A stretch of 64,000 nt of DNA from an uncultured bacterium (lineage in GTDB: Bacteria; Planctomycetota; UBA1135; GCA-002686595). The position numbers were made by a program, and so were the translations under genes. Location: NCBI GenBank assembly GCA_938075305.1, contig CALJGV010000005.1, positions 39,390 through 103,389 on the forward strand, written 5' to 3'. How positions within the stretch are numbered: the stretch's first letter is position 1; every line of letters begins with the position of its first letter. Positions 37,386 through 46,583 of the stretch are shown here, one piece after another. The notes beneath the pieces were generated by a model. The model saw only the letters and a list, made by a program, of their open reading frames with translations, was not told where the DNA came from and did not search any database.

Positions 37386-38638
37386 CGAGGGTCTTTCTGG
37401 GGAGGGCGTGGGGCGCCCTCATCGGACTCCAGCGGCGCGACGCGCTCGTCGTCTTCGAACACGCCGGACCAGCGCTCGTTCAGGGCGCCATCACTCTTCC
37501 AGTACGTCCATCGACCGATCCGGCGGCCGTTCTCCAGTTGCCCTTCGGACTGTGGAGCTCCATCTGCGTACCAGGTCAGCGAAGGCCCGGTCTTCTGGCC
37601 CTCGGAGTAGGTGGTTTCTTCAATCAGGACACCCTCCTCACTCCAGAGCCGGACCCGCCCCTCCAGGACACCATCCTCGTAGGTGGCGGTGGAGAGGGTC
37701 ACGCCCGCCTCCGAGGCGCGCCGCCAGGTCCCGTCGCGCTTCCCGTTCCGATACTCCCCCCACTGCCGGGGCGTGCTGGTGCCGGGAAAGAAGTCGGACC
37801 AGCGGCCATTCAAGGCCCCTGCCTCGTAGTCCTCCGTCAGCACCAGGAGGCCGCCCCGCCCCCACTGCTTGCGCGCCCCGTCCAGGACGCCCGCCTTGTA
37901 GGACTCGAGCTCCTTCTCCTTTCCAGTGGGGTACCACGCCCGGTGCTCACCCTCAGGGAGCCCGTTGCGATAGATCTTCTGCTCGATCAGCTGGCCGTTC
38001 TTGGCGAAGACCCGCCAGAGACCGTCACGCTGACCATCCGAGAAGACCCCCTCCCGGGCGAGCATCCCCACCGGGCGCCACTGCTTCATGGGGCCGTGGG
38101 GAACATCGTCCTTCCACCACTGGATGGAGCGCGTCGCCCCCGACTCATGGAAGCGCCACTCCGGGCCGTGCAGGACCGGCGCCTCCCCCTCTGCCTTGAC
38201 AGGCCTGGCCGTCGCGATCCGGAGCAGGGTCCCGCTGGTGGGGTGCACCTCACGCAGGATCCGGACCGGGTCCCCCCCCACCGAAGCGGGCGCGGGCCAG
38301 TCCGCGGGATCGCCCGGCTCGAGCAAGCCCGGGGCGGAGACCACCCTGAGGTCGGCAGGGATGGCCCCGAGCGACTCCACGAGCTCCTCCAGCTCCACGA
38401 CGAGCCCGGTAGACACCTCCAGTTCGCTCGTCTGCGACCCTGGCTCCCCCGTCCCGGGGGGCTCCCCTGGAGCGCCCTCGCTCCCTGGCCCGTCGGTCGG
38501 AAGCGTTCCATCTCGACCAGGCGCGGGCGGGCCCTCGGACCCGGAGCACCCCGAGAGGAGCAAGGTCAGACAGAGCGCCCCCAGGAGGGGCCCGGTTCCC
38601 CGGGGGTGGTCCCGGGATGGGTCATAGATCCACATCAC
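37382..38638 (-). CDS. MORN-variant (YwqK-like) repeat lipoprotein
   Basis: Lipobox LLLSGC; repeats EGVFSDGQRDGLWRVF, GEYRNGKRDGTWRR, EGQLENGRRIGRWTYW. Start GTG 38638 or ATG 38635. Confidence 0.83.
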   Translation of the reverse strand: MMWIYDPSRDHPRGTGPLLGALCLTLLLSGCSGSEGPPAPGRDGTLPTDGPGSEGAPGEPPGTGEPGSQTSELEVSTGLVVELEELVESLGAIPADLRVVSAPGLLEPGDPADWPAPASVGGDPVRILREVHPTSGTLLRIATARPVKAEGEAPVLHGPEWRFHESGATRSIQWWKDDVPHGPMKQWRPVGMLAREGVFSDGQRDGLWRVFAKNGQLIEQKIYRNGLPEGEHRAWYPTGKEKELESYKAGVLDGARKQWGRGGLLVLTEDYEAGALNGRWSDFFPGTSTPRQWGEYRNGKRDGTWRRASEAGVTLSTATYEDGVLEGRVRLWSEEGVLIEETTYSEGQKTGPSLTWYADGAPQSEGQLENGRRIGRWTYWKSDGALNERWSGVFEDDERVAPLESDEGAPRPPQKDPR

Positions 38639-39234
38639 GCGGGAACAGTACGGGACGCCCCGACCGGTGTGTGAGCGCATTTGCCGGGGCGGCGGCCGCC
38701 GCGGCGCAACGCCGCCTCGTCCGGGACACGATCCTCGACCACGGGGCCCTCGCCGGCCCGCGGGCCCGACCCGTCGTGGGGACCGGATCCCCCTCCACTC
38801 ACGCGCTCCGGGAAGCACGCTGTCGGGAGGATCTGGCGCCTCAGGCCCTTTCCAGGCCTCCCAGGGCCCCTCCTATTGCAGATCAGGAGATTCTTGCCCG
38901 ATCCAGGGGAACGACGGGGCGCTACCCCGCGTCTCGGATGTGGACAGGGGAATGGGCCCGCGATCCGCGGCCCCCCCCCGACGCGGGTCCATCCCTTCGA
39001 CCCCTCCCACGGCCCCACGCTGGGGCGATCTGGGAGCCCCCCCGCTGGTCCAGGGTTGGCGGTTCCTCGAAGTCGGCTTCATTTCGAGGCAAGCGCCCGC
39101 CGATCCATTTTCCACAGCGGTGGCGGGATTCCTCCTCGCCCCCCGCTCACCCAACGCCTGCGGCGCAGCCGCGCGCGTTCTTCCAAAATCCCGCGACTCG
39201 CCTCGCGATACCACGTCGACTTCTTTTCCTGACC

Positions 39235-39753
39235 ATGACCTCCTCTGATCAACCGCGTTCCGTCCTGTGCCTTGGTCTCAACGACTCGGACCGCAGCCGG
39301 GTCTCCGAAGAGGCGCACCGTTTTGGCTGGCTGATTCGCTTCGCTGCCAGCGCCGGCGACGCCAGAGCCACCGGGAACGGCAAGCGGCCCGACCTCGTCC
39401 TCTTTGACGTTCAGTCTGCCGACGAGACCGCTTCCGAGGTCGTCCGTCAGTGCACGGCCCATCCCCTCCTGCCGGTGAGCCACTCGGCCCCGACGGCCCC
39501 CGTGGCCTCGGCGCCCTCCGCTCCGGTGACCTCGGAGCCCACCGCCGTCGACGACGGCACCGTGCTCCTCGAGCCGGGCTCGATCCACCGCTTCGAGGAC
39601 TACGAGCAGCAGATCCTCAAGCACGCCCTCGAGACCACGAGCTGGAACGTCAAGCGCGCGGCTCAGCTGCTCGGAATCGGCCGGGCGACGCTCTACCGTA
39701 AGATCGACCGCTACAAGCTCCGCGAGTTCCAGCCGGAGCGCAACGCCGGCTGA
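39235..39753 (+). CDS. Degenerate receiver-like domain + Fis-type HTH protein (no AAA+ domain)
   Basis: RPDLVLFDV receiver-like strand; C-terminal EQQILKHALETTSWNVKRAAQLLGIGRATLYRKIDRY (HTH_8). Confidence 0.8.
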   Translation: MTSSDQPRSVLCLGLNDSDRSRVSEEAHRFGWLIRFAASAGDARATGNGKRPDLVLFDVQSADETASEVVRQCTAHPLLPVSHSAPTAPVASAPSAPVTSEPTAVDDGTVLLEPGSIHRFEDYEQQILKHALETTSWNVKRAAQLLGIGRATLYRKIDRYKLREFQPERNAG

Positions 39754-39821
39754 TTGAGCCAACTTTCCGGGCCCCCAGCGCGTATGTCCCCGAGGCGACG
39801 CCGCGGGCCACGTGAATCCAA

Positions 39822-39864
39822 GCGGCGCCTGTCCTGAGAACTCGGGGCCAGGCGCCGCGTCCAA
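39822..39864 (+). promoter_or_regulatory. GC-rich hairpin (possible terminator of the Fis-HTH gene) overlapping a candidate ECF promoter AGAAC-N16-CGTCCAA
   Basis: GCGGCGCCTG...CAGGCGCCGC arms at 39822-39858; AGAAC at 39837-39841 and CGTCCAA at 39858-39864. Confidence 0.35.
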
Positions 39865-39897
39865 TACACTGCGCTGCCGCCGTTCTCCGATCCGGAT

Positions 39898-41253
39898 ATG
39901 CCCATGCATCTCTCCCACGCGCTCCTCACCGGCCTCCTCCAGCTCCTCCTCCTCGCAACGCCCGCGGCCGCGGTCCAGGAGCCGGCGGACGACTCACCGC
40001 TCGTGCTCGCTGACGTCGACTTCGAGTCCGCCGTCTCGCGCGCAGAGCGCCTGCAGAAGTTCCTGATCATCCTCTGGATCGACGGACCGGAGACGCCCGC
40101 CGTCGAGGGCTACCGGAAGGCGATCTTCGGAGACTCCGGCGTGAAGGCGTGGATCGCGGAGAACGGGGTCGCGGTGCGCATCAACACCAAGGAGGACCGC
40201 GAGGGCGCCCGCCGGAACCCGATGAAGCGCTACCCCACCGTGGACATCATCGACTTCGTCCGCGGGGGCCGGGTGGGCCAGCTGACCCCCGAGGACGGCG
40301 CCACGGAGTTCCTGGCCACGGTCTACGGCGCCACGACGGAGTCCTCTCAGAGCAAGAAGCCGGAGGGTAAGGCCGCCGAGGAGCCCTTCCGGTGGCTCGC
40401 CTGGGCCAACACGCGCTTCCGCGCGGTCGAACCCCAGGGCCGCAAGGACGCGGTGAACGGATACACCTGGTGCCTGCGCCGCGCCGACGACTTCCGGCCG
40501 GGCTTCAGGAGCCGCTACCTCGAGTTCCTGCTCGAGCGGATCTCGGCGGCGAAGAAGGACGCGCCCGAGGCGGTGGCGATCCTGGAGACCGAGTCGAGGA
40601 TCCTCTCACAGCGGCTCCTGCAGGGCATCGGCGATCGGCAGACCGCTTATGACCTCGTGCGGGTCAATAAGTGGCGCCGCAAGGACCTCGAGACCCGCGA
40701 ACTCTTCATCGAGCTCGCCGGACTTGGCCCCAGGCAAGAGGAGGCGCGGCGCTGGCTCTTTGGCTCCGTTGTCCCCGTGCTCGGTCGATATCAGCAGTAC
40801 TCCGAGATCCTGAACGGCGGCGGCCTCGAGGCGACCGCGATCTTCGCCAGCCGGATCGCCAGCCTCAACGCCGCCTCGGGCGCTCCTCAGGCGGAGGGCG
40901 AGGCGGCGACGGACGAGGTGAAAGGCCCTGAGATCATCAAGCCGCTCCCCTTCAGCGTCCCCGACACCCGGATGGAGATCATCGATCAGGCCTCCTGGGT
41001 CTACGAGGCGCTCCTCGCGGACGCCCGCGGGGGTGACGCACGCGAGCTGTTCGAGCTCATCCAGGACCACTACCCAGTGACCAAGACCTACGGGCTCTTC
41101 ATGGAGCGCGCCCTTCGCCTCGAGCTCTGGCAGGTCGCCACGGAGATCGGCGATATTGGGATGGGGACACTCGACGCCCGGGGTCAGAAGCGCATGCAGC
41201 GCCTGCTCTCCCGGATCCCGGCGAAGGCAGATTCGAAGGACGGAGACCGCTGA
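39898..41253 (+). CDS. Secreted protein with an N-terminal thioredoxin-like fold (no CxxC) and a helical C-terminal part
   Basis: Signal peptide; DFESAVSRAERLQKFLIILW...VKAWIAENGVAVRIN...YPTV resembles thioredoxin_7-type domains. Confidence 0.6.
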   Translation: MPMHLSHALLTGLLQLLLLATPAAAVQEPADDSPLVLADVDFESAVSRAERLQKFLIILWIDGPETPAVEGYRKAIFGDSGVKAWIAENGVAVRINTKEDREGARRNPMKRYPTVDIIDFVRGGRVGQLTPEDGATEFLATVYGATTESSQSKKPEGKAAEEPFRWLAWANTRFRAVEPQGRKDAVNGYTWCLRRADDFRPGFRSRYLEFLLERISAAKKDAPEAVAILETESRILSQRLLQGIGDRQTAYDLVRVNKWRRKDLETRELFIELAGLGPRQEEARRWLFGSVVPVLGRYQQYSEILNGGGLEATAIFASRIASLNAASGAPQAEGEAATDEVKGPEIIKPLPFSVPDTRMEIIDQASWVYEALLADARGGDARELFELIQDHYPVTKTYGLFMERALRLELWQVATEIGDIGMGTLDARGQKRMQRLLSRIPAKADSKDGDR

Positions 41254-41395
41254 GCGGGAAGGCCCCCCCCAGCGCCCCTGGGACCGAAGTTGGCCCCGGG
41301 AACACCATCGTTCCCGCTCCGACCGTTGCCGTGGACCCACGCAATCGAGGACCATTCTGCACGCGCCCCAGCCTGAAGCTGACGCCCCTCCAGCC

Positions 41396-42847
41396 ATGAC
41401 CGCACGCCGACGCCCCCTCCCCTCTCTCCTCTCCGCCGCCGCCGTGGTCCTCACCGGCGGCCTCACGGCCTGCGGCAGTGGTGGTGACGGCGAGCGCCAG
41501 ATGAACGTGCTCCTCATCACGCTCGACACCACGCGGCCCGATCGCATGAGCTGCTACGGGGGAGCCCCGGGCCTGACGCCGGAGATCGACGCCATCGCCG
41601 AGGAGGGCGCCCGCTTCGAGCGCGCCATCTCGACCGCCGGGATCACCCCCATGTCCCACTCGTCGATCCTCACGGGACTCAACAACTACCAGCATGGGAT
41701 GCGGGTCTTCTTCAGCAAGGACGTGTCCCACCGTCTGAAGGAGTCCGTGGACACCCTGCCCGAGCTGCTCGCGGGCCGCGGCTACCAGACGGCCGCGCGG
41801 GTCAGCTCGTACCCCGTCTCCAGCGCATACAACCTGAACCAGGGCTTCGAGGACTTCGACTCGGGTGTAGACCTCGAGGCCCTAGACCTCACCAAGCAGC
41901 AGCGGCACGGGACCGTGTGGGACACCGGCGGGAAGACCGCCACCCAGCGCCGAGGCGACTTCACCACCGACTCCGCGCTGGAGTGGCTGGACGCCAACGG
42001 TGAGAAGGGCCCGTGGTGCATGTGGTTGCACATGTTCGACGTGCACGACTTCTCCCTCGTCCCTCCCGCAGAGTTCGTGGCGGACTACGGGATCACCTAC
42101 CCGACCGCGGCGGAGTCCCGCACGATGCCGGGCACCCTGGAGTGGCGCGAGCGCATCTACGACCCCGAGCTCGCCTTCATGGACCGCCAGATCGCGCGGC
42201 TCCGGGGCTGGCTCAAGGAGCACGGACAGGACCAGAACACGGTCATCGTGATCACCGCGGACCACGGCCAGGGTATGACCGAGGGGCTTCGAAACCACGG
42301 CTGGATGAAGCATCGCCTCCTCTACGACTGGTGCGTGCGGGTCCCCCTCATCATCCGCGTCCCCGGCGGACCGAGCCGCGTGGTGGTGGGCAACCAGGTC
42401 CGCACCATCGACGTGGCGCCCACGATCCTGGAGGCCCTCCAGGTGCCCGTGCGCTCCCGCATGGAGGGCGAGTCCCTGATGGACCTGATGCGCGGCGAAG
42501 AGGAGGGCGAGCCTCGGATCGCCTACGCCGACGCCCTGAACGCCTACGACAGCCACGCGCCCGGGCCCCAGAAGCTCCCGCCCAACCAGTACGACAACCT
42601 CTACATGGCCTGCGACGGCCGCTGGAAGTTCATCTGGCACGAGCGTAACCCCCAGTTCTCGCAGCTCTATGACCTGCTCAAGGACCCCTCCGAGCTGAAG
42701 AACCTCTACACCGACGACCACCCCGAGGCCGCGCGCCTGAAGGCGTTCCTCACGGAGCGCGACGTCAGCCGCGTCGAGCCGCCCTCCGCCTCCGACGGTG
42801 GCCCCGACGCCGGCGCCCTGAACTCATTGGGCTACGGCGGCGACTAA
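41396..42847 (+). CDS. Sulfatase-superfamily lipoprotein with an atypical Thr-type active-site motif
   Basis: Lipobox LTAC; NVLLITLDTTRPD, ITPMSHSSILTG, WLHMFDVH, TADHG, RVPLII, LYDL..DPSE. Confidence 0.88.
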   Translation: MTARRRPLPSLLSAAAVVLTGGLTACGSGGDGERQMNVLLITLDTTRPDRMSCYGGAPGLTPEIDAIAEEGARFERAISTAGITPMSHSSILTGLNNYQHGMRVFFSKDVSHRLKESVDTLPELLAGRGYQTAARVSSYPVSSAYNLNQGFEDFDSGVDLEALDLTKQQRHGTVWDTGGKTATQRRGDFTTDSALEWLDANGEKGPWCMWLHMFDVHDFSLVPPAEFVADYGITYPTAAESRTMPGTLEWRERIYDPELAFMDRQIARLRGWLKEHGQDQNTVIVITADHGQGMTEGLRNHGWMKHRLLYDWCVRVPLIIRVPGGPSRVVVGNQVRTIDVAPTILEALQVPVRSRMEGESLMDLMRGEEEGEPRIAYADALNAYDSHAPGPQKLPPNQYDNLYMACDGRWKFIWHERNPQFSQLYDLLKDPSELKNLYTDDHPEAARLKAFLTERDVSRVEPPSASDGGPDAGALNSLGYGGD

Positions 42848-44064
42848 TGAGGACTCCCTCGCTCCCGCTCCTCGCGGCGCTCTCGGCGGCGCTGCTGGCG
42901 ACCCTGACCGCCTGCCGCCCCGCCGACTCGCAGGGCTCGCAGCAGGCCTCCGACACCCAGGACTCGGCCGCTCCGGCCGCGCGGGGGCAGGGGCTCCTCG
43001 AGACGATCGATCCGCAGGATCCGGCCCGCCCGCGCTTCCATGACTTCGGCGAGCTCATCTACGGAGATCGGCTCACCTGGCCCGTGCGGTTCCGCAACAG
43101 CGGGGAGGGCCCGCTGAAGATCCTCAACGCGCAGGCGGCCTGCGGCTGCACGCGGCTCGCTGGCATGACCATCCACCCCAACGGAGGCGGTCCTTCGAGG
43201 GAGATCCGGTCCTTCCGCGGCGACGTCATCGCCACCGTGCCCCCCGGAGCAGAGCTCGAGGTGTCCATCGAGGTCATCACGGCCTTCACGGCTCCGAATC
43301 AGCGCAAGCTGGCCCTGTTCCGGATGACGACCGACAGCGACCTCGAGCCCTACGTCACCCTCGAGCTCGGGTTCCTCCCCACTCGCCCCTTCATGTTCGC
43401 GCCCACAGAGGCGCGGCTCCTGAACACGCCGACCTCCCACGGGGGCAAGGCGCGGGTCAAGATCATCGTCGACCGCAAGGAGACCCTGGCCAGGATCCTC
43501 GGGGTCATCAGTTCCCCTGAAGGACTCGTCGTCGACCTGGTGACCGAGTCCTTCGGCGGCGAGTTCGTGTGGTACGTCGATGTCTCCGTCGACCCCCTCT
43601 CACCGCTCGGAGTCACCCGCGGTGACGTGGTCCTCCAAACCACCAACCGCGACGGGGAGGGCGATGGCGGACGGCTCGAGGTCCCAGTGATCGCCCAGGT
43701 CGTCCCCGACGTTGTGCTGGCCAAGCCCCTCATCACCCTGGGCGCCGTCCCCTCCTCCCAGGGGGCCCTCTTCGAGAGCGAGCTCAACGCGTTGGTCCCC
43801 GGCGCGAAGATCAAGGTGCTCGAGACCCGCGTGGACAGTGCGACGCCGGTCCCGCTCGAGATTGTGACGACTCCCATTCAGCCCGACGCCGACGGTCGCG
43901 CGGCGGCGTGGAGCGTGCGCATCACCATGCTCCCCGGGGCCAGCCCGGGCTTCGTCTCCGGTGACGTGGTCTTCGTCCTCGACGAGCCGGTGGGCGGCGT
44001 GGGACCGGACGGCGCCAGCACGGAGCTGCCGGTCCGGCTCAGCGGCCAGGTCGTCGAGGGCTAA
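42847..44064 (+). CDS. DUF1573 (Ig-like) domain lipoprotein
   Basis: Lipobox LTAC; HDFGE..FRNSGEGPLKI..AACGCT. TAATG coupling to the sulfatase gene. Confidence 0.78.
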   Translation: MRTPSLPLLAALSAALLATLTACRPADSQGSQQASDTQDSAAPAARGQGLLETIDPQDPARPRFHDFGELIYGDRLTWPVRFRNSGEGPLKILNAQAACGCTRLAGMTIHPNGGGPSREIRSFRGDVIATVPPGAELEVSIEVITAFTAPNQRKLALFRMTTDSDLEPYVTLELGFLPTRPFMFAPTEARLLNTPTSHGGKARVKIIVDRKETLARILGVISSPEGLVVDLVTESFGGEFVWYVDVSVDPLSPLGVTRGDVVLQTTNRDGEGDGGRLEVPVIAQVVPDVVLAKPLITLGAVPSSQGALFESELNALVPGAKIKVLETRVDSATPVPLEIVTTPIQPDADGRAAAWSVRITMLPGASPGFVSGDVVFVLDEPVGGVGPDGASTELPVRLSGQVVEG

Positions 44065-44101
44065 GCCCTCCCCCCGCGGGCCGAGCGGCCAGCCGCGAGC
44101 T

Positions 44102-45313
44102 CTAGCTCGGGAGCAGCCGCGCCACTCGCTTCTTGCCCACCTGGACGAGCTGCGGCTCGACAGGCCGAGGGAGCTCCTCCCGGGCGTCGCTCTTCACCTC
44201 GCCGTCGAGCCGGACGCCGCCCTGCTGGATGGCGCGGCGCGCCTCGGAGGTGGACTGGCAGAGCCCGAGCTCCTTCAGGAGGTTCGGCAGCGGGAGGGCC
44301 TCTCCCCACCCCGCGTTCCATGCGACCTCGGGGAGGTCGTCCGGGAGCACCTTGTCCCTCACCTCGCGATCGAACTGCCCGGCGGCCTCGCGGGCGGCCT
44401 CCTCCCCGTGGTAGAAGGCCGTCACCTCCGCCGCCAGGAGCGCCTTGGCCTCGCGCGGATGGCCCGCCAGGGCCTCCTCGATCCTGGGCGGGTCGAGCCG
44501 GGTGAGGTGGAGGAACCAGTCCCCCATCACCTCATCGTCCACCTGCATGATCCGGAAGGTCATGTCCTTGGCGGACGCGGTCAACCCGATCGAGTTCCCG
44601 TAGGACTTGCTCATCTTCCGACCGTCCAGGCCGTTGATGAGGGGCTGGGTCAGGACGACCTGGGGCCGCTGTTCCATCTGCTCCTGCAGCCGTCGACCTA
44701 CCAGGAGGTTGAAGAGCTGATCCGTGCCACCGAGCTCGAGGTCAGACTCCACCTGGACCGAGTCCCAGCCCTGCATGAGGGGGTAGAGGAACTCGTTGAT
44801 GCCGATGGGCTCGCTGGCTTCCATGCGCGTTTGGAACGTGTCACGCTCCAGCATCTGCGCAACGGTCATGCGGGTCGTGAGCCGGAGCAGCTCCTCGAAG
44901 TTCATCCTGTCGAACCACTCGGAGTTCTGGCGCACCTCCGTGCGCCCCATGTCCAGCACCCGAGCCGCCTGCTCCACATAGGTCTTCTGGTTGGCGTCGA
45001 CCTCCTCGCGGCTCAGGACGGGGCGCAGCTTGTTGCGGCCGCTGGGGTCACCGACCATCGCGGTGGCGTCGCCAACGATGAGGACGATCTGGTGGCCGAG
45101 GTCCTGGAGGTCTCGCAGCTTGCGGAGCTGGACCGCGTGGCCGAGGTGGAGGTCCGGCGAGCTCGGGTCCATGCCGAACTTGATGCGCAGCGGTCGCTCC
45201 TCGGACAGCGACTTCGCGATCATCCCGCGCAGCTGCTGCTCCTCGATCAGGTCACAGACGCCGCGCTGAAAGACGGCGAGCTGACGGTCCACTTCAGGGC
45301 CTTGGGTGTCCAT
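44102..45313 (-). CDS. tyrS: Tyrosine--tRNA ligase
   Basis: GMDPSSPDLHLGH, EFLYPLMQGWD, GGTDQLFN, KMSKS, C-terminal S4 domain (QVGKKR). Confidence 0.97.
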   Translation of the reverse strand: MDTQGPEVDRQLAVFQRGVCDLIEEQQLRGMIAKSLSEERPLRIKFGMDPSSPDLHLGHAVQLRKLRDLQDLGHQIVLIVGDATAMVGDPSGRNKLRPVLSREEVDANQKTYVEQAARVLDMGRTEVRQNSEWFDRMNFEELLRLTTRMTVAQMLERDTFQTRMEASEPIGINEFLYPLMQGWDSVQVESDLELGGTDQLFNLLVGRRLQEQMEQRPQVVLTQPLINGLDGRKMSKSYGNSIGLTASAKDMTFRIMQVDDEVMGDWFLHLTRLDPPRIEEALAGHPREAKALLAAEVTAFYHGEEAAREAAGQFDREVRDKVLPDDLPEVAWNAGWGEALPLPNLLKELGLCQSTSEARRAIQQGGVRLDGEVKSDAREELPRPVEPQLVQVGKKRVARLLPS

Positions 45314-45347
45314 GGGATGAGGATCCTACGGGAGCGGAGGGGCCGAT

Positions 45348-46457
45348 TCACCGACTGGCTGAAACGCCTTCGATCTCGCCCGCCTCCACGCGACGGTCGT
45401 AGCGCTCGGCCAGGACCTGCTTCCAGTCCCGCTCGTCCCGCCCGAACCCGTCGATCCCGCTCAGCCCCATGAGCCACCGGATCGCCGGAACCACGGGCCG
45501 CACGGCCTCGACGGGTAGCGTCTGGATGGCCCGCCCCAGCCCGTCGAGGGCCTCCGCCCGCCGGGAGGGCGCGATGCGGATCGCGCACTCCAGGAGCACG
45601 TCCGTGTGGCCCCGCCCCTGCTCCACGAGCCGGACGAGGCGCTGGGGCTCCACGAGACCGGTGGGGATCCACCCCGCGATGTCGGTCCGCTCCGCCTCAC
45701 GCACGGTGATCACGCGGGCAGGGAAGCGGTCCCCGGCCTGCTCTACCTCCCCGCCGGTGCACACCAGGGTCACGGACATCCGCGTCGCCATGGCACCCAC
45801 GGGCACCTGGATTGGGAGCTCTACCAGCGGCATGGAGGCCGTGCCCCCGGCCGCCATGGCCAGCTCCACGCCCTCCTCGAGCACAACGGTCTCGCTCCAG
45901 CTGACCTCGAAACCCTCCTTGTCCACGTGCAGGCGACCGATGAGGATCGACGACGCGAACGGTCGAATGACGAGGGGCTCGGCCCAGCTCGACTCCCCCG
46001 CCAGGCGGGCCTCCACCCGCTCCTCCCCGGGGAGGCGCCGGAGCTCGATGCTGAGCGTCACGGCCGCCAGTCGCTCGCGACCGTTGATGATGTCCTCGAA
46101 GCGCTCCACGGCCAGGAGGGCAGCCTCGACGCTCTCGCGGCTCGGCAGCATCCCCGACAGGGTGAGTGCGGCCACGCCGTCGGTTCGCTTGCGCGCCTGG
46201 GAGAGCGACATCGACGACTCCAGTTCGCGGCTCAAGCGCCCCCGAAGCTGACGGGCCGTGGAGCGAGCGAGCAGCAGGTCATCCTCCTCGAGGGCCTCCT
46301 TCAGCGCCTCGAAGGCCGCGGCGTAGCTCACGTGGATCGCTCCCATGGCCGCGCCCGGCCCCGTGCGCTCCGGCGCGCCCCCGCCCAGCGACGCGCAGGC
46401 GGGGGCCAGCAAGGCTGCCATGCTGGCGACGAGGAGCGAGGAGAACCGAAGCAACAT
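45348..46457 (-). CDS. Hypothetical lipoprotein
   Basis: MLLRFSSLLVASMAALLAPAC lipobox-like start; fills the gap between rpsA and tyrS. Confidence 0.65.
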   Translation of the reverse strand: MLLRFSSLLVASMAALLAPACASLGGGAPERTGPGAAMGAIHVSYAAAFEALKEALEEDDLLLARSTARQLRGRLSRELESSMSLSQARKRTDGVAALTLSGMLPSRESVEAALLAVERFEDIINGRERLAAVTLSIELRRLPGEERVEARLAGESSWAEPLVIRPFASSILIGRLHVDKEGFEVSWSETVVLEEGVELAMAAGGTASMPLVELPIQVPVGAMATRMSVTLVCTGGEVEQAGDRFPARVITVREAERTDIAGWIPTGLVEPQRLVRLVEQGRGHTDVLLECAIRIAPSRRAEALDGLGRAIQTLPVEAVRPVVPAIRWLMGLSGIDGFGRDERDWKQVLAERYDRRVEAGEIEGVSASR

Positions 46458-46498
46458 GGAGTGGGCGCCCGGGCGCGGGCAGAAGATCAGGTTAACGC

Positions 46499-46531
46499 AG
46501 GGCGGGGACGGCACCTCGCCGTCCCCGCCCT
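46499..46531 (-). terminator. Terminator hairpin downstream of rpsA
   Basis: Perfect 14-bp stem AGGGCGGGGACGGC / GCCGTCCCCGCCCT with a 5-nt loop, ~50 nt after the rpsA stop. Confidence 0.72.
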
Positions 46532-46583
46532 TCAGCGGAAGCTGCCCGTACAAACCGCACGGGCGCCCCAGGTCACCAGGAAA

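Noticed and set aside
38639-39234. Possible oriC or structural RNA (tmRNA, RNase P, SRP, tRNA)
   Set aside because: Only one good and one weak DnaA-like box, no AT-rich unwinding element, no dnaA/dnaN nearby, and no recognisable RNA signature by eye. An Rfam search is still advisable.
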